A stretch of 64,000 bases of DNA. Source: Candidatus Lambdaproteobacteria bacterium RIFOXYD2_FULL_50_16 (GTDB lineage: Bacteria; SAR324; XYD2-FULL-50-16). The notes below the pieces were generated by a model. That model was not told where the DNA came from and ran no database searches. It worked only from the letters and a program-made list of their open reading frames with translations. Positions 27,968 to 38,096 of this stretch are shown here, in pieces. Position 1 is the stretch's first letter. Every line of letters begins with the position of its first letter. The stretch is from positions 77,062 through 141,061 of the forward strand of contig MFNE01000043.1 of assembly GCA_001783695.1 (NCBI GenBank), given 5' to 3'. The position numbers and the translations under genes are program-made.

Positions 27968-30589
27968 TTAAGGTGCTTCTGCTGGCTCGGGTCGCCTTGA
28001 GGGGGGTAGCCCTACTTGTAGCGCCTTTAAAATCTTCTTTTTTTGCTTCTTGAAATAGTCCAGCGCCTCTCGGTCTTGATCCAGGGCCCGTTCAATGGTT
28101 TTAAGAGCCTTTTTATAATCCTTTTTGAGGAAGTAAATCTCGGCTAATGTGTCCAGATTTGCCGAGCTTGGGCTCAAGGCCACTGCTTTTATACTCAAAC
28201 CTAGGGCGTCGTCCAACTTGTTCAACTCTTTATTTTTAGAGGTTACATATAGCCAAGCAAGGTTGTTAAGGGCGATGTGTTCGTCTGGATGCTCGTTTAA
28301 GATTTGCTTATAAACCTTTTCTGATTCTACTCCCTGTTGGTTCATGTCGTAGTTCAAAGCCAGCCGAAGCTTAGCCCAGAGGCTTTGGGGACGATTTTCT
28401 AAATGTATCTTGAGAAGTTCAATCGCCTGGGGGTATTCGCCCGCCAACTCGTAAGCATAAGCCAAACGGGCCTGTACCCAAAGGTTGCCCGGTTCTTGAA
28501 TATTGGCTTCTAAGAGGTGGGCCTTAACCTCCAAGGGTTTTTCTAAAAACTGGGCTTGAACGGCTTGGTAAAAACTCATCCAAGCCGCACCGGAACCTAG
28601 AGGGCTACTTTTGTAACCCTCTAATTTGGCCTGGGCCCCCTGGTCTAAAACCGCCATAAAAAAGGCTAAATAGGGTTTGTAGGGGCTTTTTAGTTGATTA
28701 AGCTCTTGGCGGGCTTGATTGCTTTTAAATACGATGGCTTCAAAGACTTTCATCTCGGGGCTATCGGGCTTAAATCCCCAAGTCTTGGTCGTTTGGCCGT
28801 TTAGGTATAAATAAAGTTCCAGCCCAGCTAAGGAAAAATCCTCCAGATCTAGCGCTTGGGTTACCGCTTCTAAGGCGCCGGCCCGATCAAAATGAACCTT
28901 TGAATAGGCCAGTCGCACTAACAAAAAGGCGTTGTCTCGGTCGCCAGATAGCGCGGTTTCAAAGCTTTTGGCGGCCTCTTGGTGACGGCCTAAACTAGCT
29001 AAAATCTGCCCTTCAAACTCCCTTAACCATTTGGCTTCAGGGTTTCGCATAATTGCCGCCCCAATCGCCTTTTCAGCCTCTGCATATTGATCTTGATGCA
29101 GGTAAATCATCGCCCGCTTAGCAAAGGGCCAGTAGGAGGACTGATCCCCCTCGATCATCGTTTCAATGGTTTTAAGAGCCTTGGGCCAGTCTTTAAGCTC
29201 TTGATAAAGTTCCACTTGATGGGCCAGCACCCAGGATGAATCTGGGCTGGATTCAGCGGCGCGGTTTAGGAAGTCTATCGCTTTTGGATAATCTTTTAAT
29301 ATGCGATAAAGGTTGCCCATTCGGCCAAGAATATAGTTGCTCGTCGGGTGTTCAACCAAGGCCGCTTCAAAAGCCATTAAGGCTTCTGGGTATTGACGGC
29401 GGCGCTCTAACAGGGCGCCATATTCGAGTAATAAAGCAACCGAGTCGCCCTTAAGATTCAGGCCTTCAACAATCACCCGCTCCGCCTCAAAACTATCTAA
29501 GCGTTGGTTATAAATACGGGCTAAGGTCTCATAAACAAACAGGTCTTCGCTGCCCGCAGCGCGGGCTTGCTCCAGCATGTCCACCGCATTTTGCATCTCG
29601 TCTTTGGCTAGGTAGATACGGGCGATTTGCACCATTGCCAGGGTGGAGTCTGGTTTAGAGGCCAGTCCCTTCTTAAAATGGTCTTGCGCTAGATCAAAAT
29701 CCTTTTCTGCCAGATGGATGGTTGCGATCTGGAAGTGCAACATGTAGTTGTCGGGGTGTTTATCAATCGCTTTTAAGATAAGCTGTTTCGCTTGATTGAT
29801 TTCCCCCCGGCTGATCAAATAGTTGCCTAAGCGCAAGGTGAACCAAGGATGGTTAGGAAATCGTAGATTTAAAGATTCTAGCTGGGCACCCCAAGTCCCT
29901 TTTTGGCCGGTGTAATCCAGAAAATCGACGTAAAACTGTTGATAGTCCAGGTTGTCAGGTGCCAGTTCAATGACCTTTAAAATAGAAATTTGGGCATTTT
30001 GAATCCGGCCTAATCGAAATTCAAACTGGGCCTGCCTAAACCAGAGGTCATCCCTTTTGGGAGCCAACTTGGTCGCCTTGACCAAAGCCGCTAAACTAGC
30101 ACTTGGGAGTTGCGCTTGTTCTAAAACCTCAGCCAGTGCCAAACTCTGCTCTAGGCTCGAATGCCCTAAACCTTCGGCTTGATTAAAATCGGCTCGGGCC
30201 GACTCAAGGTAACCTAAGCTAAAAAGCAGTAACCCGCGCATCGAATAAAAAGCCCCCGAACCGGGCCTAGCGGCGATTTGGTCGCTTAAGTAGTCGAGTG
30301 CCTCTTGCTCACCCTGGGTCGCTTGCAAAAGTTTGGCTTTAAGCAGATGGAGGTGGGGTTCGTCAGGATAGGTGGTAAGCGCCTTTTCGGTCAGTTTTAG
30401 AGCTTCAAAACTATCCCCGTTAGAAACTGGCTTTAAGATTTGTCCAAACCCTTCGGTCCCCAATCCCCCTTCGATCAGAGGGCCTTTAGGCCAGTTGGAG
30501 AGGTCAACGGGTTCGGGTTTGGGCAAACTGGCGCAGGAGGCCAAAGTCAGCACCAATAGGGGCAATAAAAAACGATAAAGTTTGGCCAT
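27968..30589 (-). CDS. Large TPR-repeat lipoprotein
   Basis: Lipobox LAS-C and many TPR-like helical repeats (e.g. ALNNLAWLY, NLDTLAEIY). Confidence 0.85.
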   Translation of the reverse strand: MAKLYRFLLPLLVLTLASCASLPKPEPVDLSNWPKGPLIEGGLGTEGFGQILKPVSNGDSFEALKLTEKALTTYPDEPHLHLLKAKLLQATQGEQEALDYLSDQIAARPGSGAFYSMRGLLLFSLGYLESARADFNQAEGLGHSSLEQSLALAEVLEQAQLPSASLAALVKATKLAPKRDDLWFRQAQFEFRLGRIQNAQISILKVIELAPDNLDYQQFYVDFLDYTGQKGTWGAQLESLNLRFPNHPWFTLRLGNYLISRGEINQAKQLILKAIDKHPDNYMLHFQIATIHLAEKDFDLAQDHFKKGLASKPDSTLAMVQIARIYLAKDEMQNAVDMLEQARAAGSEDLFVYETLARIYNQRLDSFEAERVIVEGLNLKGDSVALLLEYGALLERRRQYPEALMAFEAALVEHPTSNYILGRMGNLYRILKDYPKAIDFLNRAAESSPDSSWVLAHQVELYQELKDWPKALKTIETMIEGDQSSYWPFAKRAMIYLHQDQYAEAEKAIGAAIMRNPEAKWLREFEGQILASLGRHQEAAKSFETALSGDRDNAFLLVRLAYSKVHFDRAGALEAVTQALDLEDFSLAGLELYLYLNGQTTKTWGFKPDSPEMKVFEAIVFKSNQARQELNQLKSPYKPYLAFFMAVLDQGAQAKLEGYKSSPLGSGAAWMSFYQAVQAQFLEKPLEVKAHLLEANIQEPGNLWVQARLAYAYELAGEYPQAIELLKIHLENRPQSLWAKLRLALNYDMNQQGVESEKVYKQILNEHPDEHIALNNLAWLYVTSKNKELNKLDDALGLSIKAVALSPSSANLDTLAEIYFLKKDYKKALKTIERALDQDREALDYFKKQKKKILKALQVGLPPSRRPEPAEAP

Positions 30590-30649
30590 TGAACCAGGGG
30601 AAAAAGATCAAAGGCTCATTATAGGGGAGCCACTAAAAATAAGAAAGGG

Positions 30650-31579
30650 TCAAAAAAGTGAACCCCACTTTCGGTCGGATTCTAAAACCTGTCCACCCGC
30701 GGTTTTGGTCAACACCAAACTTTTGGTCCAAAATAATTCGGTGCGGGGTATAAGCTCGGTAACTTTTAATTTTAGTTGTTCATGATCGTATTTGGTTTCG
30801 ATCACAGGATTTTTAAAGATATGAACATAAAGGCTTAAGAAGTAGGGGTCCAAAAGTAAGGTTTGGGCCAACTCAAAATCGTTGGAGGTTTGCAACATTT
30901 TAGGTTCGGACCACCCGCCAAACAGGGTAAAATCAGCGAAATAATAGCGGTCTCTTTGCATCGAGGTGACCTCCCAGCGCAGGAGCAGGGGATCAGGCAA
31001 GGCGACGAGATTACTCGAATTCTGCATCGGTTCTGGGAGGCTAAAAGCGATGGCCAGCCGCATCCCCCCCCCCATAAAGATATAAGTCCCTAATATGGCC
31101 AAGCTAGCCCAACAAATCACCCTAGTTTTTAACCCAGTCCAGCGCTTGCTGGCCCAAAGCAGTAGGATCATTATGATTACAGGTAAATAACCAGCAGGAA
31201 CCAGATTCGCCGATCCCGCAAAGTGGGTCAGTGGGCGCAAGAACGGGATTTGTTCGGTCGTCAGGAAAGTCAAAAAGAGATATACTAGCAACCCCAAGAG
31301 TGGCAAAAAACTCAAGCTAGAGAGTTTTAAATCTCGCTTGTAAATCCAAATCCACAAGGCCACAGCCGCGAGGATCGAGGTTAAGTAAAGGGGGTTGTGG
31401 AAATACAAAGGGGTCCAAAAGAGGCCCGGTTCACCGGAGAAAAACAGGGTTAGGTAGTCAATCAAAGGCAGAAAGCTGCCCAGAAAAATTAGGCCCCAAG
31501 TCCGGTTGGGCAACCCGACTCGGTCCCTAACGACTTGAAAAACACTCCAGATTACTAGCGCAGTAATCAGCCAGTTCAT
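30650..31579 (-). CDS. Membrane protein, distant YdjM/metal-dependent-hydrolase-like
   Basis: Several TM helices. GSFLPLIDY, FHNPL and IPFLRP align loosely with YdjM-family motifs, but the His/Asp ligands are poorly conserved. Confidence 0.5.
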   Translation of the reverse strand: MNWLITALVIWSVFQVVRDRVGLPNRTWGLIFLGSFLPLIDYLTLFFSGEPGLFWTPLYFHNPLYLTSILAAVALWIWIYKRDLKLSSLSFLPLLGLLVYLFLTFLTTEQIPFLRPLTHFAGSANLVPAGYLPVIIMILLLWASKRWTGLKTRVICWASLAILGTYIFMGGGMRLAIAFSLPEPMQNSSNLVALPDPLLLRWEVTSMQRDRYYFADFTLFGGWSEPKMLQTSNDFELAQTLLLDPYFLSLYVHIFKNPVIETKYDHEQLKLKVTELIPRTELFWTKSLVLTKTAGGQVLESDRKWGSLF

Positions 31580-33595
31580 CTAGCCCACCAGCCCCCGGGC
31601 TGCCTCGATAATCGCTTCTTTGGTAATCCCAAAGTGGCGGTATAGTTCGTCTGCCGGAGCCGAAGCGCCAAAGCCTTGCATCCCAATAAACCGGTCGTTA
31701 GGCCCTAAATATTGGGCCAAGCCCGAAGCAATCCCCGCCTCAACACCTACCCTAGGAAGCCCTGCGGGCATCACCTGGGCCTTGTAACTTGAGTCTTGTT
31801 GGTCAAACAATTCAGCCGAAGGTAAGCTAACCAGTTGGGCCGAGATCCCCACCTGGGCCAGTTCTTCATAGGCCAACAGAGCTAGGGAAACCTCAGAGCC
31901 GGTAGCGATTAATAATACCTTGGGGTGTTCCCCTTTGATCAAAACATATCCTCCCTTGGCCACACCTGAAGCGGGAGCCAATTTGCTGCGGTCTAAGACA
32001 GGAAGGTTTTGACGGGTTAAAGACATGGCCACTGGCACCTTATGATTCACCACCCAGCGCCAAACCTCTACGGTTTCGGTGGCGTCAGCCGGGCGGAAGC
32101 TGGTTAAGCCTGGCAAGTGCCGCAAATAGGCCACTTGCTCGACCGGCTGGTGGGTCGGTCCGTCCTCACCCACACCAATTGAGTCATGTGTAAATACAAA
32201 TACACTTGGGTATTGAGAAATCGCCGCAACTCGTAGTGCGGGCAACATATAATCGCAAAAGCTTAAAAAGGTCGCCCCATAAGCGCGGGTCATACCGTTT
32301 AAACCAATCCCGTTAACAATGGCACCCATCGCGTGTTCGCGAACTCCAAAACGGATATAACGACCTTCAAAGGAGCTAGGCTGAAAGTCTTGGGCACCCT
32401 CAAAGCGGGTGTTGTTACTGGGGCTCAAATCAGCCGAACCACCCATAAAGCCGGGAAGCTTAGGCATAATGGCGTTTAAAACCTTGCCCGAAGCGGCGCG
32501 AGTGGCAATGGAGGTTCCGGCGGCAAACTCGGGGAATTGGAGTTCTGGGAGTTTGTGTGCCAATAGATCGTCCAACTCTTTCGCCAGTTCTGGGTGAGCC
32601 TTTCGGTAGGCCTTCATCAATTCTTCCCATTGAGCTTGCGCGGCGGCGCCTTTTGCCATGGCTTTATCAAAGTGGGCTTTAACCGAAGCCGGAACCTCAA
32701 AGGGCCCATGGCCCCAACCTAGATTTTCGGCGGTCGATTGCCGTTCATCTTTGCCCAAAGGACTGCCGTGAGCCCCTGAATTGTCGGCGTATTTGGGACT
32801 GCCATAGCCGATAATTGAGGAGATTTTAATTAAATGGGGAGTCCCCTTTTTTTGGTGGGCCGATTGCAGGGCCAAGTCTAAAGAGTCCAGATCATGCCCG
32901 TCCCCGCCGATGCTTTGGCAGCTCCAGCCATAAGCCAAAAAGCGGTCTGTCACCTTTTCGGTAAAAGACAGGCTAGTGCGACCATCGATGGTAATTTTGT
33001 TGTCGTCGTATAGCACCACGAGGTTATCGAGCCCTAAATGCCCAGCGAGGCTGGCTGCTTCTGCCGCGACCCCTTCTTGTAAGCAGCCATCGCCGACTAC
33101 CACCTTGATTTTGTAATCCATCACATTAAAACCAGGCCGGTTAAATCGGGCGGCTAAATATTTTTGGGCGATAGCCATCCCTACGGCGGTCGCAATCCCT
33201 TGACCCAAGGGACCCGTGGTGATCTCCACGCCTGGGGTGTGGCCAAATTCAGGGTGCCCTGGGGTCTGGCTACCCATTTGCCTAAAGCGTTTCAACTCGT
33301 CGATGCTTAGGTTATACCCACAAAGGTGTAACAACGCATAAAGTAAGGCTGATCCGTGCCCAGCCGAAAGCACAAAGCGGTCTCTTGCGGGCCATGCTGG
33401 GTCTTTAGGGTTATGGCTTAAATGCTCGGTAAACAACCGATAAGCACTGGGCGCAAAACCCATGGGCAATCCTGGGTGACCCGAATTAGCTTGATTAACT
33501 TGGTCAATCGCCAAGAAGCGGATACAATTAATGGCTTGTTGATCGATCTCTGGGAGCGACTTCAGATTTTGATTCACTGGGGGTAGCCTGGACAA
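31580..33595 (-). CDS. tkt: Transketolase
   Basis: ANSGHPG, RDRFVLSAGHGS, TPGHPE, TTGPLGQG, ThDP motif GDGCLQEG, FGVREHAM, GEDGPTHQP. Confidence 0.98.
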   Translation of the reverse strand: MSRLPPVNQNLKSLPEIDQQAINCIRFLAIDQVNQANSGHPGLPMGFAPSAYRLFTEHLSHNPKDPAWPARDRFVLSAGHGSALLYALLHLCGYNLSIDELKRFRQMGSQTPGHPEFGHTPGVEITTGPLGQGIATAVGMAIAQKYLAARFNRPGFNVMDYKIKVVVGDGCLQEGVAAEAASLAGHLGLDNLVVLYDDNKITIDGRTSLSFTEKVTDRFLAYGWSCQSIGGDGHDLDSLDLALQSAHQKKGTPHLIKISSIIGYGSPKYADNSGAHGSPLGKDERQSTAENLGWGHGPFEVPASVKAHFDKAMAKGAAAQAQWEELMKAYRKAHPELAKELDDLLAHKLPELQFPEFAAGTSIATRAASGKVLNAIMPKLPGFMGGSADLSPSNNTRFEGAQDFQPSSFEGRYIRFGVREHAMGAIVNGIGLNGMTRAYGATFLSFCDYMLPALRVAAISQYPSVFVFTHDSIGVGEDGPTHQPVEQVAYLRHLPGLTSFRPADATETVEVWRWVVNHKVPVAMSLTRQNLPVLDRSKLAPASGVAKGGYVLIKGEHPKVLLIATGSEVSLALLAYEELAQVGISAQLVSLPSAELFDQQDSSYKAQVMPAGLPRVGVEAGIASGLAQYLGPNDRFIGMQGFGASAPADELYRHFGITKEAIIEAARGLVG

Positions 33596-33882
33596 ATAGG
33601 GTTGGTGTTGGAGGGCCTGGGGCTAAACTTTTGGGGACAGCAAAATTGGTTTACAAACCGGGTTGATTGCTATATCAATCGCAGACGTATAAGGCCGCAA
33701 TACAGCCTCCCAGCCTTGGAGCGCCTTAGTATTCCCAACAATTTATTGGGCTGCTTTGAGGTATCAAGTTAAAGGGTTTGGGAAGAAACAAGCAAGTGAT
33801 TTTTTGGCCCCGGTTCTGTCGATCCAGGCAAACCGCAAAGCCACCGTTTCGGCCCCTAAACCGCTAAAAACGATTCTACCCA

Positions 33883-35145
33883 ATGACCGACAAGCTAGAT
33901 AACTACCGCCTCCGCCTGCAAAATCAAGAATATTTGCCGATTATGATTGGCGGAATGGGCATGGACATTTCCACCGACCATTTAGCTGTGGAAGCAGCCC
34001 GTTTAGGGGGGATTGGCCATATCTCTGACGCCTTAATCAACGGGGTTTCAGATCGGCATTATGGGACTCGGTTCTTAAAAAATCGTTTTGAAAAGTATAA
34101 AGACAGTATCGGCAAGAATCTGGCGGACCGTTTCCACGAACAGTTTGATTTAAACGAACTCTATATTGCCTGCAAAAATGTGGTTGGCGGGGCGATGGAT
34201 AAAAAACAAGGGGACCAAGGGGGCATCTTTATTAACATCATGGAAAAACTCACCATGGCAAACCCCAAAGAAACCCTGCGAGTCCGCCTCAACGCCGCCC
34301 TAGACGCGGGAATCGACGGGATCACTATGTCTGCGGGGCTCCATCTGGGTAGCTTTGCGATGATCGAAGACCATCCCCGTTTTCGGGATGCTAAATTAGG
34401 GGTGATTGTCTCTAGCTTGCGCGCCTTGCAGCTTTTCTTGAAAAAAAGTGGACGCTCTAACCGCTTGCCTGATTATGTCGTGGTTGAGGGGCCTTTGGCC
34501 GGGGGCCATTTGGGCTTTAAGATCGACAATTGGAGAGAGTTTGATTTGGCCGAGATTACCAATGAAATCATCGACTTTATAAAAGAACAAAACCTGCCGA
34601 TCGCCGTAATCCCTGCCGGGGGGATCTTTACCGGGGCGGACGCCACAGGTTTTGTCAAAACCGGTTCTGCCGCCGTACAGGTGGCTACCCGTTTTACGGT
34701 TACCAAAGAATCAGGCTTCCCGCTGACTACGCAACAACGATTCTTTAGGGCCCTTGAAGAAGAGATTGAGGTCAACCTCTTCTCCCCCACGGGCTACCCT
34801 ATGCGGATGTTGGTTGACAGCCCTTGCAAACACACCAATATCCGGCCGAACTGCGAGACCTTGGGTTTTATTCTCGACGAAAAAGGCAAGTGTAGCTACA
34901 TCGACGAGTACAACAAAATGGTGGAATTGCACCCTGAAGGATTTGACCGGGTTCCTAACAAAACCTGCCTTTGTACCTTTATGCGGTCCTACGGCACCTG
35001 GACCTGTGGCCACATGACCTACCGCCTAAAAGAAACCACCAACCAGCTAGCCGACGGCAGCTATCAACAACTGACCACGGCCCAAGTCTTCGAAGACTAC
35101 CTCAAAGGCGGCGAAACCCACCTCAAGCCCACTAAAGCCGAATAG
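33883..35145 (+). CDS. Nitronate monooxygenase / FabK-like FMN oxidoreductase with Cys-rich C-terminus
   Basis: PIMIGGMG, VVVEGPLAGGHLG, IPAGGI, VQVATRF, SPTGYP; several C-terminal Cys (NC, KC, CLC, TCG). Confidence 0.85.
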   Translation: MTDKLDNYRLRLQNQEYLPIMIGGMGMDISTDHLAVEAARLGGIGHISDALINGVSDRHYGTRFLKNRFEKYKDSIGKNLADRFHEQFDLNELYIACKNVVGGAMDKKQGDQGGIFINIMEKLTMANPKETLRVRLNAALDAGIDGITMSAGLHLGSFAMIEDHPRFRDAKLGVIVSSLRALQLFLKKSGRSNRLPDYVVVEGPLAGGHLGFKIDNWREFDLAEITNEIIDFIKEQNLPIAVIPAGGIFTGADATGFVKTGSAAVQVATRFTVTKESGFPLTTQQRFFRALEEEIEVNLFSPTGYPMRMLVDSPCKHTNIRPNCETLGFILDEKGKCSYIDEYNKMVELHPEGFDRVPNKTCLCTFMRSYGTWTCGHMTYRLKETTNQLADGSYQQLTTAQVFEDYLKGGETHLKPTKAE

Positions 35146-35311
35146 AACGTGAGCGGTGGTTTTAATCAATTAGGTTGGTTTGGCTGCTTTGATGCCAAGT
35201 CCCGGCTGGTTTTGCCGTAAGGTCTCGCCTGGACTTAATAGTGTGCTTGGTTCTCGGTACTGGATTGTACAGCCAAAATCTAGCCGCAGATCCCCCAGCC
35301 CCAATTAAAAA

Positions 35312-35713
35312 TCACCTTTTCTTCTGATTGGCTTTAACTTCAGCAGAATGCTGTAAGAGGGCGTGGGCATAGGGGTTGATTTGGCGGTGGTTGGTGACGC
35401 CTAAGGACTTTTTTAGTTCTATAGTGAATTCAGACTTATAGAAGTCTAACTTAAAGTTGATCTCGGCTAAGGGATCGTCAAAGTCGGGGACCCGGGGGTC
35501 AGGATCTTCCGGGTCTAAGTCACCTTCGAAAACCATACGTTGGAAATAATCGGCCACAAAGTTAATCTCTTCGGTCAATGCTTCACTCAGCCCAATGGGC
35601 AAGGGGCTGCGCTGGAAAATAACCTCACCCTCTTTGCCTAGGCTGGCCTCAAACAAGGAGTATTGGGCATATTGCAATGCCAAGTCTATATCTTTAGCCG
35701 AAAATTCGCTCAT
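35312..35713 (-). CDS. Hypothetical protein downstream of dsrP
   Basis: 133-aa ORF with AGGA SD, same strand as and ~75 nt after dsrP. Confidence 0.65.
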   Translation of the reverse strand: MSEFSAKDIDLALQYAQYSLFEASLGKEGEVIFQRSPLPIGLSEALTEEINFVADYFQRMVFEGDLDPEDPDPRVPDFDDPLAEINFKLDFYKSEFTIELKKSLGVTNHRQINPYAHALLQHSAEVKANQKKR

Positions 35714-35787
35714 TACTTCCTATTTTGGGTTGCCGTCCCCCTTAAGCTGGCAAAGCCAAAGGGGCTTGGTCAAGTCTGGCAACCGCT

Positions 35788-36939
35788 TTATGGGGCCTGT
35801 TTAACCGAGAGGGCGATTTTGTATAACACACTTAAAATCAAAGCCCCAATCGCCCAGATACCTAAGGTGATCGAAAATTCGGGCCAGGTGATGTAGTATT
35901 CAGTGATCTCGCCCAAGGGGTTGGGCACAAAACCGCCAATCACTAGGCCAATCCCTTTGTCGATCCACAAGGAAATAAATATCGCCCCGCAGATCAAGCC
36001 CAAGGCCTTTTCGTTTTCTTTAAGTCCCGGCCAAAAAAGTCCTACGATCCCACCCATACCTAAAAAGACGGAGGTCCACAAAAAGGGCACCAAGTTGCCA
36101 TGGCCTTCGAGCACAAAAAAGAGGTAATCTAGATTGTGTTGGTGGCTAGGGATGCCTGAGTAATAGGCGGTGAAAAACTCTAGGCCAATAAAAAAGAAGT
36201 TTGCCAAAATTCCATAGGTGACGATGGTAGTTAGCTTCCCTATGGCTTCTTTACCTACGTCGAAATTAGCCACACGCTTAAGTAACAATGACAGCAAAAT
36301 CAACAGCGCCGGGCCCGCAGCGAAGGCGGAAGCCAAAAACCTTGGGGCCATGATGGCGGTCAGCCACAAATGGCGCCCAGGCAAACCGGCATACAACATT
36401 GCGGTAACCGTATGGATCGAAAAGGCCCAGGGGATCGATAGATAAATAAAGGGTTTGATCCATTTTGGCGGGGCTTTTTTGAGTTTTTCCGCCTCTAACA
36501 CCACCCAACCACAAAGAAGATTCAACACCAAATAGACGTTGAGCACGTTGGCGTCCCAAAATAACATCGAATTAGGGGTTGGATAGCGCAGTACGTTAAT
36601 AAAACGGTCTGGGTGCCCCATATCGACCATAATAAAAAGCAGGCACATCGACACCGCCGCCACCGCCAAAAACTCGCCTAAAACCACAATCTTGCCAAAG
36701 GCCTTGAAGTTATGGACGTAGTAGGGCAGCACCAACATCACCGCCGAGGCGGCCACGCCCACCATAAAGGTAAACTGGGCGATGTAAACCCCCCAAGAGA
36801 TATCCCGACTCATGCCGGTTATCCCCAAGCCATATTCGAGTTGTTTGAGGTAATAAAACACCCCGTTGCCGATCACTAAGAGGAGGGCCGTCATCCACAG
36901 ATGATACCTTTTGTCTCCGGTTAACGCTTTTTCGATCAT
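35788..36939 (-). CDS. dsrP: DsrP, NrfD-family membrane subunit
   Basis: [53 protein letters not shown]; position after dsrO. Confidence 0.95.
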   Translation of the reverse strand: MIEKALTGDKRYHLWMTALLLVIGNGVFYYLKQLEYGLGITGMSRDISWGVYIAQFTFMVGVAASAVMLVLPYYVHNFKAFGKIVVLGEFLAVAAVSMCLLFIMVDMGHPDRFINVLRYPTPNSMLFWDANVLNVYLVLNLLCGWVVLEAEKLKKAPPKWIKPFIYLSIPWAFSIHTVTAMLYAGLPGRHLWLTAIMAPRFLASAFAAGPALLILLSLLLKRVANFDVGKEAIGKLTTIVTYGILANFFFIGLEFFTAYYSGIPSHQHNLDYLFFVLEGHGNLVPFLWTSVFLGMGGIVGLFWPGLKENEKALGLICGAIFISLWIDKGIGLVIGGFVPNPLGEITEYYITWPEFSITLGIWAIGALILSVLYKIALSVKQAP

Positions 36940-36954
36940 GCCAATCTCCAGGGA

Positions 36955-37722
36955 TCAAATAACGTAGAACACCGAAGGCCGGGTTCCAAGTGCGGGTTTG
37001 CGTTGGATGGTTTTTTTCTCGTTTAAGGCCTTTCTAATCGCCGATTCAGGGTCGTTTAGGTTGCCAAAGATCAAGACCCCATTGGTGCAGGTCTCAACGC
37101 AGTGAGGCAATTGACCCACATCCACCCGCTCGGCGCAGAGGTTACATTTCTCTACCACACCCCGCTCGCGAGAAGGGAAGCTTGGGTCCAGTTGTTTGAG
37201 GTTTTCCCTTGGGTCTCGCCAGTTAAAGCTCCTTGAACCATACGGGCACCCTGCCATGCAGAAGCGGCAACCAATGCAGCGGTGGTAATCCATCTGCACG
37301 ATCCCGTCGTCTCGTTTAAAGGTGGCCTGGGTTGGGCAAACCCTTACACAAGGCGGGTTGTCGCAGTGGTTACACAGGGTTAAGAAGGGCTTTTCTAAAA
37401 GCCCAGCTTGCAGATAGGTGTGGTTCATGTCAGTAAAGACGTTTTTAAAGGGCGCCTTCCAGATCCACTTGATTTCATCTTTTTTGTTGCCATGGTCTGG
37501 CACGTTGTGTTTGGCGTGGCAGACCTTTTGGCAGTCGTTGCATTCGGGGTCACACAAAGACATATCAATCAACATCCCCCAGCGGGTTTCGCTGTTGGTC
37601 TCTACCGGCTCAGACGAAGAAGCCTCGACCAAGGCGGTTTTTTCCAAGATCGCCAAGGAGCCCAAACCAACGGCAGCCCCCATCCCTAACCTTTTGATAA
37701 AGGTTCTTCGATCACTGGACAT
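36955..37722 (-). CDS. dsrO: DsrO, Tat-exported Fe-S subunit
   Basis: DRRTFIK Tat motif, CNHCDNPPCVRVCP, CIGCRFCMAGCPYGSRSFNW, KCNLC. Confidence 0.95.
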   Translation of the reverse strand: MSSDRRTFIKRLGMGAAVGLGSLAILEKTALVEASSSEPVETNSETRWGMLIDMSLCDPECNDCQKVCHAKHNVPDHGNKKDEIKWIWKAPFKNVFTDMNHTYLQAGLLEKPFLTLCNHCDNPPCVRVCPTQATFKRDDGIVQMDYHRCIGCRFCMAGCPYGSRSFNWRDPRENLKQLDPSFPSRERGVVEKCNLCAERVDVGQLPHCVETCTNGVLIFGNLNDPESAIRKALNEKKTIQRKPALGTRPSVFYVI

Positions 37723-38095
37723 GGCTTACCTCCGATAATTTAGGATCGACGTGACACTCAAAGCAGTAAGGCTTGACCGAGGTGTAATTGTGGCAACGGT
37801 CACAAAATTCTTGTTTGTTATTATGGCAACTTAGGCAGGTTTTGGTCAGACTCTTTTCGAAGCGCTGGCCCGCCTGATTTACATAAACCCTAGACTGGTT
37901 ACGCACCACTTCTTCCCGCCAATGGTCGAGTAGCTGCATATGGTTGGCCCGCATCCAGGTGGCCGATTCGACACAGGCCTCGCCCTTGGGCTTGGCCAAT
38001 TCGGGCATGGCCCCTTTGGGTCCAGACCACAGGGGATAGGTTAATATGGCCAAAAAAGCCAAAAAGGGAGGAAGTATCCACTTGAGGTTGTACAT
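37712..38095 (-). CDS. dsrJ: DsrJ triheme cytochrome c
   Basis: CVE...MRANHMQLL; three CxxCH motifs (CLSCH, CDRCH, CFECH). Confidence 0.95.
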   Translation of the reverse strand: MYNLKWILPPFLAFLAILTYPLWSGPKGAMPELAKPKGEACVESATWMRANHMQLLDHWREEVVRNQSRVYVNQAGQRFEKSLTKTCLSCHNNKQEFCDRCHNYTSVKPYCFECHVDPKLSEVSHVQ

Positions 38096-38096
38096 C

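Noticed and set aside
33827..33862. GGCAAACC-GCAAAGCCACCG...CCTAAACC upstream of the NMO-family gene resembles pieces of the c-di-GMP-I riboswitch
   Set aside because: The GNRA-capped P2 stem that should lie between GGCAAACC and GCAAAGCC is absent, and I find no convincing P3 or P1 pairing. An Rfam scan would settle it.
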